Assembly: GCA_937901455.1 (NCBI GenBank)
Contig: CALDIA010000054.1
Location: 69,224-133,223, forward strand
Source of the DNA: an uncultured Bacteroidales bacterium
GTDB lineage: Bacteria > Bacteroidota > Bacteroidia > Bacteroidales > WCHB1-69
DNA: 64,000 nt
Direction: 5' to 3'
Positions within the stretch are counted from its first letter, which is position 1. Every line of letters begins with the position of its first letter. The notes beneath the pieces are model-generated. The model was not told where the DNA came from. It ran no database searches and saw only the letters and a program-made list of their open reading frames with translations. Positions 30,010-39,600 of this stretch are shown here, one piece after another. The translations under genes and the position numbers were made by a program.

Positions 30010-30387
30010 CTATGCGATGAAGGCCTCGTAAGCGGTGGCATCCATCAACTCGTCAGCTTCTGCCGGGTTGGTCATTTTGATCTTCACAATCCAACCGTTA
30101 CCATAAGGATCGGAATTTACTAAGGCGGGCTCACCTTCCAGAGCTTCGTTGAACTCAACGATCTCGCCACCTACGGGCAGCATCAGGTCGGCCACAGTCT
30201 TTACAGCCTCAATAGAACCGAAAACTTCGTCTTTGTCCAAGGTCTCACCTACAGAAGGAATGTCCAAGAAAACGATGTCACCCAATTCATTGGCGGCATG
30301 TGCAGAGATGCCTACATAAGCGAATTCACCTTCCAGTCTCAACCATTCGTGGTCGTTGGAATACTTTAAATTTGCAGGAATATTCAT
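30010..30387 (-). CDS. gcvH: Glycine cleavage system protein H
   Basis: The lipoyl-lysine context is [11 protein letters not shown]. Length is 125 aa. Confidence 0.95.
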   Translation of the reverse strand: MNIPANLKYSNDHEWLRLEGEFAYVGISAHAANELGDIVFLDIPSVGETLDKDEVFGSIEAVKTVADLMLPVGGEIVEFNEALEGEPALVNSDPYGNGWIVKIKMTNPAEADELMDATAYEAFIA

Positions 30388-30417
30388 AATAAATTGTATT
30401 TAGGATTAATAATGATT

Positions 30418-30975
30418 TTATACGGTCATGATTTCTTTCTCTTTGGCCTCCATGATTTTGTCCACTTTGGCGATCATCTCATCGGTAGCCTTTTGGATAT
30501 CAGTTTCCAGTTTCTTGATAGCATCTTCCTCTACGCCTCCATCCTTCAACTTCTTAGCCTCATCATTGGCGGTGCGGCGGATGTTGCGGATAGAGACTTT
30601 GGTCTGCTCAGCTTCCTGTTTAGCCTTTTTCACCAATTCTTTGCGGCGCTCTTCCGTAGGGGTGGGAACCACCAGGCGGATGAATTCGCCATTATTTTGT
30701 GGCGTCATGCCGAGGTTGGCAGCCAGGATGGCTTTCTCAATCACGGGCAACATGGTGCGCTCCCACGGTTGTATTACAATCTGATGGGCATCGGGCGTGT
30801 TGATGTTGGCCACTTGATCCACAGGAGTCGGATTACCGTAATAGTCCACCTTCAAGCCTTCCAACATTTGAGGTGAAGCCTTGCCAGCTCTGATCTTTTG
30901 CAAACTCTTATCAAAAAAGTTTACTGCGGCAGTCATGTTGTCTTTGGTCTGTTTTAAGCAGGTTTGTGTGTCCAT
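30418..30975 (-). CDS. frr: Ribosome recycling factor
   Basis: This is a typical 185-aa RRF with ..VDYYG..TP..Q.A.I...D... and ..RNIRR... Confidence 0.95.
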   Translation of the reverse strand: MDTQTCLKQTKDNMTAAVNFFDKSLQKIRAGKASPQMLEGLKVDYYGNPTPVDQVANINTPDAHQIVIQPWERTMLPVIEKAILAANLGMTPQNNGEFIRLVVPTPTEERRKELVKKAKQEAEQTKVSIRNIRRTANDEAKKLKDGGVEEDAIKKLETDIQKATDEMIAKVDKIMEAKEKEIMTV

Positions 30976-31073
30976 TGAATCTTTCTTTATTCTTTAAAAT
31001 ATTATTAATCAATAAAATAAACATATTTTTTCCGTCAAAAACCCTCAAAGGAATCTTTTTTAAAAGACGGCTG

Positions 31074-31081
31074 CAAAGATA
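31074..31081 (-). promoter_or_regulatory. -7 box TATCTTTG for frr-gcvH
   Basis: The reverse complement of caaagata lies ~100 nt upstream of the frr ATG. Confidence 0.4.
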
Positions 31082-31114
31082 GTCATTATTTTTTTTGTTT
31101 GAAAAAGACAACCG

Positions 31115-31122
31115 TATTTTTG
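31115..31122 (+). promoter_or_regulatory. -7 box TATTTTTG for the flavin oxidoreductase operon (long leader)
   Basis: It lies 128 nt upstream of the ATG at 31250, with no closer exact box. Confidence 0.4.
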
Positions 31123-31249
31123 TCCAATATTTTCAAAAAGGCAGGTATAGATGTGAAAAATAATGAATTGTTTATTTTTTTTTATAGACGATATAATAAA
31201 AGTATAAAGTTCCCGTTAATGTAATTTGTATTAAAATAACCAATAAAAA

Positions 31250-32503
31250 ATGACAGAATCAAAAATTTTTACTCCTTGTCAGATAGGACCTGTTACCTTA
31301 CGAAATCGCACTATCCGATCAGCGGCTTTTGAAAATATGGCTTATGGGAACAAACCTTCTGAAGATTTGCTTAACTATCATCGGGCGGTGGCCAAGGGAG
31401 GCATAGGCATGACCACGGTGGCGTATGCTTCCGTTAGTCGCAGCGGTCTTTCCTTCGATGGTCAATTATGGCTTCGCGAAGAAATTATCCCTGATTTGAA
31501 GGTACTCACTGATGCTATTCATGCTGAAGGCGCCAAGGCTTCTATCCAGATAGGGCATTGTGGCAATATGACCCACCGTTCCACCTGCGGTCAGAAGCCG
31601 CTCTCCCCGTCGGGTCGTTTTAATCTCTATTCGCCTACATTCACCCGCAAGATTACCAAAGCAGAGATTTATGAATTGGTGGAGGATTTTGGAAAGGCTA
31701 TCAACTTATGCCGTCAAGCAGGTTTCGACTGTGTGGAGGTGCATGCCGGACACGGATATCTAATCAGTCAATTTTTGTCGCCTTATACCAACCACCGTAA
31801 AGATGAGTTCGGTGGCTCCTTAGAAAACAGGATGCGCTTTATGAAGTTGGTGATTTCCAAAGTTATGGAAGAGGCCAAGGATGACATGGCCATTGTAGTG
31901 AAGACCAACATGTATGATGGTTTCCGCAGTGGTATGCATGTGGATGAATGTATCAAAGTGGCTCAAGAGCTTGAGAAAATGGGTGTGCATGCGTTGGTAC
32001 TTACCGCAGGTTTTGTCAGCAAAGCCCCTATGGAGGTGATGCGTGGTGCCATGCCGTTGAAAACGATGGCCTATTATATGGATACGAAGACGTTTTGGTG
32101 GCTCAAGCTGGGTCTCCATATCGGCGGCCGCATCGTGATACCTACGGTACCTTATAAGGATGCCTATTTCTATGATACCGCCATGAAGTTCCGTCAGGCC
32201 GTCAAGATGCCTCTTATTTATGTGGGAGGCATGACGAAGAAGGCGGATATGGAGATGGTGCTGGATTCGGGTTTTGTGGCTTTTCAGATGGCTCGCGCCG
32301 TGTTGCACGACACCGACTTTGTCAATAAACTTCAGTCAGGCGAGGTTACCCAAAGTGGTTGCAAGCACTCAAACTATTGCATCGGACGTATGTACACCAA
32401 GGAGATGCGTTGTCACCAATGTATGCAGAAAGGCGAGATTCCTGAGAAGTTACTTAAAGAGATTGCCAAACAGGAGGCCGCTGTGGAGAAGACTAACCGA
32501 TGA
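31250..32503 (+). CDS. Old-Yellow-Enzyme family NADH:flavin oxidoreductase with C-terminal Cys cluster
   Basis: The family motif is HAGHGYLISQFLSPYTNHRKDEFGGSLENRMRF. The C-terminal Cys cluster is CKHSNYCIGRMYTKEMRCHQC. Confidence 0.85.
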   Translation: MTESKIFTPCQIGPVTLRNRTIRSAAFENMAYGNKPSEDLLNYHRAVAKGGIGMTTVAYASVSRSGLSFDGQLWLREEIIPDLKVLTDAIHAEGAKASIQIGHCGNMTHRSTCGQKPLSPSGRFNLYSPTFTRKITKAEIYELVEDFGKAINLCRQAGFDCVEVHAGHGYLISQFLSPYTNHRKDEFGGSLENRMRFMKLVISKVMEEAKDDMAIVVKTNMYDGFRSGMHVDECIKVAQELEKMGVHALVLTAGFVSKAPMEVMRGAMPLKTMAYYMDTKTFWWLKLGLHIGGRIVIPTVPYKDAYFYDTAMKFRQAVKMPLIYVGGMTKKADMEMVLDSGFVAFQMARAVLHDTDFVNKLQSGEVTQSGCKHSNYCIGRMYTKEMRCHQCMQKGEIPEKLLKEIAKQEAAVEKTNR

Positions 32504-33444
32504 GACATATTATTATTGTAGATAGAGTACACCCTTTTCTGTCAGAGGCACTGTCAGAAAAGGGTTTTTGTTGTGAAACGGACATGACGTACACGTATGA
32601 CAGTTTCTTGTCGGCGCCTGATCAGTTTGAGGGGTTGGTAATACGCAGTCGTTTTCGAATAGATGCGCGGTTGCTTGACAGCAAGCCATCGTTGCGGTTT
32701 ATTGTCCGTATCGGTTCGGGTGTGGAGAATATCGACGTGTCGTACGCCCGTCAATGCGGGGTGGAGGTGCTGTCCACACCGGAAGGCAATGCCAACGCAG
32801 TGGCGGAGCATTGTCTGGGACTCTTGATGGCGGCGTTGCGACATCTTGCTTCCGCCGACAAGGAGGTACGTGCCGGTGCTTGGCTACGCGAAAAAAACAA
32901 AGGTACGGAGATAGCCTCTCATACATACGGACTGATTGGCTATGGCCATACGGGACCTGCCTTTGCCCAGGTGCTCAAGGCCCTCGGGGCGCAAGTGTAT
33001 GCCTACGACCGCTTTCATCCTATACCTGAGCAAGCTGTTGCCACTCCTGCCACGTTGGAGGATATTTGCCAATGTTGTGATGTTATCTCCTTGCATGTCA
33101 ATTATATAGAGGAGAATGCATATTTTATCAATGACACTTTCATCCAGCAGGTCTCGCAGCCCTTCATATTATTGAACACCTCGCGCGGTCTGGTTGTGGA
33201 TACCGCCGCTGTGGTACGCAACCTGCAGGCGGGCAAAATTCTGTTTGCCGGATTGGATGTGCTGGAATACGAGAGTACCCAGCTGAAGAATCTTCCGAAG
33301 GAGGTGTGGCCGGAAGCGATGGAGTTACTATCGCGGATGGACAATGTCATACTGACACCGCATGTTGGTGGCCAAACACTTGAAAGTGAGCGCCGCCATG
33401 CCGAGTTTGCGTTCAGAAAGATTCAGCAATTCTATGAAGCCTAA
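32500..33444 (+). CDS. D-isomer-specific 2-hydroxyacid dehydrogenase family protein
   Basis: The NAD-binding motif is GLIGYGHTGPAF. Catalytic-region blocks are ..NTSRG..VD.. and ..TPHVGG... It overlaps the upstream gene by ATGA. Confidence 0.85.
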   Translation: MRHIIIVDRVHPFLSEALSEKGFCCETDMTYTYDSFLSAPDQFEGLVIRSRFRIDARLLDSKPSLRFIVRIGSGVENIDVSYARQCGVEVLSTPEGNANAVAEHCLGLLMAALRHLASADKEVRAGAWLREKNKGTEIASHTYGLIGYGHTGPAFAQVLKALGAQVYAYDRFHPIPEQAVATPATLEDICQCCDVISLHVNYIEENAYFINDTFIQQVSQPFILLNTSRGLVVDTAAVVRNLQAGKILFAGLDVLEYESTQLKNLPKEVWPEAMELLSRMDNVILTPHVGGQTLESERRHAEFAFRKIQQFYEA

Positions 33445-34703
33445 GCTTTTTTGATGGCTTGCCAGCCTATGTCATTACGATAAAACAATTCGGGGCACTC
33501 TATCATGTTGACCCCTTCGTAAGCATCTTTTTGGGCCTCGGCCAGTGTATGGCCCTTGCCTACTACAAAGAGGACGCGGCCACCGTTGGTGACGTATTCA
33601 CCATCCTTGAGGGTGGTGCCCATATGGAAGACAGTTTGTTTGACAAGATCCAGATGACGGATAGGGAAGCCCTTGCCATATTTGCCAGGATAACCTTTAG
33701 TGGCCATCACCACGCCCAAGAAGGCCTCTTCGTAAAACGCTGGGGTTACGGGCTTGTGGTCGAGCAGGTCAACGATATGTTGCACCAAGTCGCTTTTCAT
33801 TTTAGGGAGTACCACCTCGGTCTCGGGATCTCCAAAACGAGCGTTGAATTCAATAACCTTGGGCCCTTGTGCTGTGAGCATGAGTCCGCCATATAAGATG
33901 CCTGTGAAGGGGCAACCTTCTTCAACCATAGCATTTGCGGTGGCCTGCATGATATGCTCAATGGCCCAGTCGATTTGTGCTTGAGGGATGACCGGTACGG
34001 GGGAGTAGGCTCCCATGCCGCCAGTGTTGGGGCCTTTGTCGCCATCGTAGGCGCGCTTGTGGTCTTGTGCGATGACCAGAGGCACCACCTGCCGGCCGTT
34101 CACTAAGGTAAGCAATGAGAACTCAGGGCCTTCGAGATACGCTTCCATGAGCACTTTTCCCTCACCGAAGTTATGGTCCAGAAGCATGTCTTGAAGCGCT
34201 TGGTCGGCTTCTTCCATAGTCATGGCAACCACTACGCCCTTGCCAGCAGCGATGCCGTCGTACTTGATGACGATAGGAGCACCAGTTTCTTGCAGATATT
34301 GCTTGGCCTCTTCATATTGGCTGAAGGTGCGGAACGAAGCGGTGGGAATTTGATACTTTTGCATCAGGTCTTTGGCGAACTGCTTACTGCCTTCAATACG
34401 AGCGGCTTCTCGAGTGGGGGCGAATATGGCGAGGCCTGCTTCGGCAAAACGATTGGCAATGCCGTTGATAAGTGCTGCCTCTGGGCCAACGATGGTGAGG
34501 TCAATATGATGCTCCAATGCAAATGCCACCAAATCGTCGGAGGCATTCTCGTTGATGTTGACTAATTCCACGGGCACTTGACCCAAATGGCGCATTCCCT
34601 CATTGCCTGGGGCAATGAATAGTTTAGAGACCAAGGGAGACTGTGCTGCTTTCCATGCGATGGCGTGTTCACGGCCGCCACGACCGATAATTAAAATGTT
34701 CAT
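33441..34703 (-). CDS. purD: Phosphoribosylamine-glycine ligase
   Basis: The N-terminus is MNILIIGRGGREHAIAWK, followed by ATP-grasp blocks. Confidence 0.96.
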   Translation of the reverse strand: MNILIIGRGGREHAIAWKAAQSPLVSKLFIAPGNEGMRHLGQVPVELVNINENASDDLVAFALEHHIDLTIVGPEAALINGIANRFAEAGLAIFAPTREAARIEGSKQFAKDLMQKYQIPTASFRTFSQYEEAKQYLQETGAPIVIKYDGIAAGKGVVVAMTMEEADQALQDMLLDHNFGEGKVLMEAYLEGPEFSLLTLVNGRQVVPLVIAQDHKRAYDGDKGPNTGGMGAYSPVPVIPQAQIDWAIEHIMQATANAMVEEGCPFTGILYGGLMLTAQGPKVIEFNARFGDPETEVVLPKMKSDLVQHIVDLLDHKPVTPAFYEEAFLGVVMATKGYPGKYGKGFPIRHLDLVKQTVFHMGTTLKDGEYVTNGGRVLFVVGKGHTLAEAQKDAYEGVNMIECPELFYRNDIGWQAIKKA

Positions 34704-36088
34704 TCCTTCTTAGTTAGTTTGTATCCGTTGTAACGATCCATTACTTCCTGCACATAGTTGACGGTGTGCTTACCGGGATAGTATCCGCATTTGACATCTG
34801 GATCGCTGTAGTAGTCTTTGTGTGATTTCAGGAGAAGGTACTCCTTGACCGACTCCCAATGTTCATAGTCACCTTCATATTTTTTGCACAAGGTAATGGC
34901 ATCCAGAATGTGACCAGGGCCTGAATTATAGGAACCTGCCACAAAATAGTAGATATCACTGGTGTCCACCTTGTTGACAAAGATATTGTACAGGAACTTG
35001 ATGTATTTGACACCGCCCCAGATCTGCTCCTCTACAGTGGATGTGTCGGTCAGGCCGTAGCGTTCATAGGTCACGGGCATCATCTGCATAATGCCATAAC
35101 TGCCGCCTATGCCCAGCACATCGGTGCAAAAGTGCGACTCTTGATAGATAATGGAGGAGACAAACCGCCAGTCGAGGCCATAATGTTCGCTTGCCTTCTG
35201 GATACACTTGTCGTAGGTGGAGATGTTGTTCCTTTTCTGTCCGAAAGAGTTGTGTATGATTTGGGAGTGTTGTGAGAAGTACCGCAGACACATCTTTTCG
35301 TAGAACTTAGTCTCTTTCACATGGGTGAGCCAGTCGTTAATAGAGTCGTTCAGAGAGATGTTTTTCGGGTTTAGCACCCATGTGCGCGGGAAGTCCGGAC
35401 CAATGCGGGGCCCCATCACCAGATCTTTGTAAAAGGGTAACAGGGTAATGGCGACATTATGGTTGCAAACCACATAGTCAATAAGGGTGTCCTCCAACAT
35501 TTCAATAAGGTCTTCTTCTGTCATATCGGTGTGTTCCTGTTGTCTCCAGGTATTGGGCATCTCCAGGTTTTGGAAGTCCAGTTTCTGATTGTATTTGGAG
35601 GGCGTGTGCACAATGTGGGTTCCCGTGCTGTCAAACACCATGTTCTTGCGCATCAGGATGATTGGATAACTGAAAGAATGGGGTTCAGAAAGTGTCAGGT
35701 ACATTGGGGAGAAGAAGTTTTTGTCAAAGTCGAAGCCGATGATGTCGTACTCATCAGTAAAAACAGTATTCATCATCTTGTCAGGGTCGGCCTCGATGGA
35801 AATCTCCACCGTTTTTTTCAAGTCTTTACCCATCTGTTTAATCATCTCGTATTGAAAACCAATCACTTGACCGTGGTACACTAAATAGTCGGCGGCGTGG
35901 TAGAAGATGAGGGCCTTGATGGTATCGCAGGACTTTTCGACTTTCTTCTCGTGCTTGATAATTTTGGGAAGAGGGGCGTAATCCAATCTGCCGTGCAGGA
36001 AGAGAGACAGCAGCAAAACTCCTGAGGCAACGGCAAATAGTATTTCACCTATAATCTTTTTTTTCAAAATATAAAATTTAATATTCAA
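34700..36088 (-). CDS. MltF-like lytic transglycosylase (SBP_bac_3-like domain plus SLT domain)
   Basis: The SLT catalytic block is ..IYQESHF...GSYGIMQMMP.., followed by ..AGSYNSGPGHI... There is no ATG near the 5' end, so a TTG start at 36088 or 36067 is likely. It has an N-terminal transmembrane segment. Confidence 0.8.
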   Translation of the reverse strand: MNIKFYILKKKIIGEILFAVASGVLLLSLFLHGRLDYAPLPKIIKHEKKVEKSCDTIKALIFYHAADYLVYHGQVIGFQYEMIKQMGKDLKKTVEISIEADPDKMMNTVFTDEYDIIGFDFDKNFFSPMYLTLSEPHSFSYPIILMRKNMVFDSTGTHIVHTPSKYNQKLDFQNLEMPNTWRQQEHTDMTEEDLIEMLEDTLIDYVVCNHNVAITLLPFYKDLVMGPRIGPDFPRTWVLNPKNISLNDSINDWLTHVKETKFYEKMCLRYFSQHSQIIHNSFGQKRNNISTYDKCIQKASEHYGLDWRFVSSIIYQESHFCTDVLGIGGSYGIMQMMPVTYERYGLTDTSTVEEQIWGGVKYIKFLYNIFVNKVDTSDIYYFVAGSYNSGPGHILDAITLCKKYEGDYEHWESVKEYLLLKSHKDYYSDPDVKCGYYPGKHTVNYVQEVMDRYNGYKLTKKE

Positions 36089-36148
36089 GCATCCATCTGT
36101 TCATAGAGCGATGGCAGTAAGGGAAGAGGGTTTGAGTGAATATTATGA

Positions 36149-36550
36149 TTAATATGTTCTAACCATCAAGATGGTTTTGGAGGTGGTTTCACCATCGTTG
36201 ACCTGCACTTGAGCGGCGCCGGTGTAGTATTTCACCTCTACAATGTTTCCTTCCTCATCCCAGGTGGTGTCTGCTTTGTTAGCCACCACATCAAGTAAGG
36301 CGGGATAGGGGAATATGTGTTCAAAAACACCTTGGTTGTTGGTGTAGCCATCGGCACGTGCGTAATCGGCATACTCTGGCTTCCCCACAACGATATGGGC
36401 ATTAGAACAGATGGCGCCTGTATCGAGGCCATTGTCAGAATAGTAGCACTCGATGTGCATGGTGCAGTCATGGTTTTTCTTGCATTGGGTAAAGCAGAAG
36501 ACGGCTATTACGGCCACCAATATTGGTAAAAGGATTCTGATTTTTTTCAT
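36149..36550 (-). CDS. Small secreted or lipoprotein of unknown function
   Basis: I trimmed the start to MKKIRILLPILVAVIAVFCFTQC because a -7 box lies 5 nt from the track TTG start. The mature N-terminus is Cys-rich (CKKNHDCTMHIECYY..AIC). Confidence 0.55.
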   Translation of the reverse strand: MKKIRILLPILVAVIAVFCFTQCKKNHDCTMHIECYYSDNGLDTGAICSNAHIVVGKPEYADYARADGYTNNQGVFEHIFPYPALLDVVANKADTTWDEEGNIVEVKYYTGAAQVQVNDGETTSKTILMVRTY

Positions 36551-36572
36551 AATTTGAATTTTTTTCAAACTG

Positions 36573-36580
36573 CAAAAATA
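36573..36580 (-). promoter_or_regulatory. -7 box TATTTTTG for the small secreted protein (and probably mltF-like/purD)
   Basis: The reverse complement of caaaaata lies 23 nt upstream of the ATG at 36550. Confidence 0.5.
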
Positions 36581-36656
36581 AAAAAATATATGCGCATGGT
36601 ATCATAAAAAATCACAATTTATCAATAGTGCAGTGTCAAAAACCGCGAGAAATCCA

Positions 36657-39600
36657 TTATTGGGAGAGCATGAGGCGGAGGGCAATGCCCGTCTCGAAGT
36701 TCATATTGTTGTACTGATTCTGGATTTTGGGACGGTTGATGGTATGGTCGTAGTAGAATTTGATGCCCACCATTTGGCTGAACTGGTACTCTGCGGCCAC
36801 GTTTATGGTAGCAGTCAACATACCGGATGATACTTGGTTGACTTGCTCTTGGATTTTTCGCAGGGTGGTCTGGTTGCTCTTGATACCCACACCGGCAGTA
36901 ACATTGAGGTCGCTGACGAATTGTCGTTTTGAGCCTGCAAACACCAGCCCGATCTTCAGATCTTTGAAGCGATAGCCGCCAGACACGGCCAGCTCGTAGT
37001 TGGCCGACTCGGTGATTTGATTGTTGGTGAAGCTCAGTGCCACATTGCGACTCTGTTTGTATTCAACCTTCAGCAGCATACTGTTGCGCAGGGTCATGTC
37101 AAAGCCAATCAATGGACCGAACTGTTCTGACATGGCTATCTGGTTCAGTTCCTCCTTGGGGATGTAGTCGCCCAAAGTGTTCAGGGCACCGCCACCGTCA
37201 ATGTAGGAGAGGTTGGTAGCAAATCCTCCGATATTGTACGTACAAGTGTAGCTGTGTGCCAAGGATAGGCTTTGGAATACCTTGTCAATGCCCTTAATTT
37301 TGGCAAAACCGTTATAAGTAATGCGCCAGTTTGGGAGAGGTATTTTCAGAAAAGGCGTGGAGATGTCCATTTTTTCAGCATCCTTGCCCATGTAGGCGGC
37401 AAAGAAAGCACCCATCAGCACATCTTGTGAAATCTCGCTATAACCTTCTGGATAGCCGGTTTCTGGATTGATGTCACCGATATAGTGTTCGTTGGCTTCA
37501 GCCAATCTGTTGGCAATAAGTGGCCGTATGGCACGGAAGTCTTCAAACAGGTCGTCGTAGTTCTTGAAGAAGGTCCTCAATCCGCAGAAGGTCATGCTGA
37601 AGGAGCCGTTGCGTTGCGGGGTGTAATGATAGAGTACGCCCTCCTCGTCCACGTGGAAATATTCGGAGTAGTTTTCCGTAAAACGGCGCGTGGCCGATAC
37701 TTCAATGCGGAAGTCCTTGAAAGGCTCTACGGTGGCCCGGAGACTGAGGTTCTCGTTTTTCGTGCGTTGATATGCAGTGTTCATCAGCGAGTCTGTGGTG
37801 AGCCAATGGTTGGCAGCGGCAATCGACTGGATGTCAGGTTGTCCACCGAAGACGAAGAGGAAGCCTGGCGATTTGGTGTGGAGGTCGATGCCAAACAGCT
37901 TGGGTGTGTCCATATATCCTGGCAAGGTGGTACCCGCCCCACGAGAGTAATTGACGGAGACATTGCGCACCATCATGAAGAAACGCAAGGTGCCGTCCAG
38001 AATAATCTTGCCGTAGTTGGGTTTTTCCTTGACGGTATCTTTGGCAACCATCTCCTCTCCTTCTTCTTTGTCTTTATTGCCTTTCTTCAAATTATTAGAG
38101 GTTTCTCCCTTCTTCTGGTTCATAGGCTTACGATTGCCTTGATTCACCTTCTTCAAGTAGGGGATGTTGTTGTACAAGGTCACCATGTTCAGGTTTCCAT
38201 TGGCTTGGATAGTATTGGAGTTTTGAATAGTGTTTCCCAGATAGGCCAGTGACAGTGCGGAGGCGTTGAACTGGTAGGTGGACTGGTAGCGGATGTTGGC
38301 ATTGATCCAGTTGAAGAGAGGAATCTTATTGATAGGGATCTGATACGTTCCATTGAAGGTCTGCCGGAAATCGGTGGTGCGACCGCCTCGTCCGAAGTTG
38401 TGCCACACAGAGTCCTTTTCCGTGCGGGTGTCAATGCGGCCGTCGGGTTCATCAATGCGGGCGGAGGCATCGGCTCGGTATTCCAGTTTCAAACTTTGGA
38501 AAATATCCCAGTTGAGGGCATAGTTGCGTGTCCAGTCGAAAGTCTTCACAAAGCTGGTGTCCACAATGATATTGCCTTGGCTCTTAGGACGGTATTTGAA
38601 CTCTTGTAATTCTCTGCGCAAGGAGGTTCTGATGACTACGTTTTTGGGCATCGGGGTGATATTGAAATCACGAATCAGCTGCAACCATTTGTTCCGGGTC
38701 CATTTCATCTTGGTGAAAGGTCGGAAGTTTTTTGGGTTGGTGCTGAAGGTGTAGCCGATTTCCCCGTCATGGATGAACTCGTTGTTCATCTCCAAATCCA
38801 CGTCTCGCTGTAACAGCTCTGAATAGGAATAGGAGAAATCAAGGTTTTCAATGTCCCAAGGATGCATCTTGGAGGAGCCGTTTTCAAAATTACGCTCTTT
38901 ACGTACATTCATCAAGTTGATGTTTTGTCGTTGCGTAAAGGCGGTGGTGAGTCGGCGCAGGGAGTCGCGCTCTTCCGCGGTCTCGCAGAAGGCCAGGTCG
39001 TCCTTCAACTTCACGTCCGGATTGAGCGGATTGTACTCCGGTAATGCCATACCCATGGAGTAGTCGTAGTGGAAAGGAATCTTAATATTCCATTTCTCTG
39101 GGAAGAAGAGCTTGCCGCCATCAATATTCGTGGCAATGTCTAAGTTGACGTTGGTTTCGTGCGACCGTTCGGTGATGGATTGTTCAATGCTTCCGAAGCC
39201 TGGGGTAGAGTAGGTGCCCGAAACGGTCAGATCCCCCACATCGGCAATGTTCATACGTGCTCGCAACAAGGCAGCGAATCCTTGTCTATCATCAAAACCT
39301 ACCAGTCGCAACTCATTGACCCAGACCTCTACAGATTTGGGTTCCATGTCATCATCGTCCAACAACGTCTGTTTCTTTGGGTTTCGAATACCGATCATGA
39401 TTGTGGTTACATCGCCCAGGTTGGGGTTACCTACAATAGTCATCCGGTTGCCAGACTCTAAATGCTTGACGTATGGGACCAAGTTGCTGGAGAGCTGACC
39501 TTGTCTGACCGCCAAGTTGCGTTCCATTTTGAGGGAGACCAGGGAGTCGAGGTAAACGACCATTTGGTTGGCTACCGGCCAGATGGCCAGCGTGTCTTTG

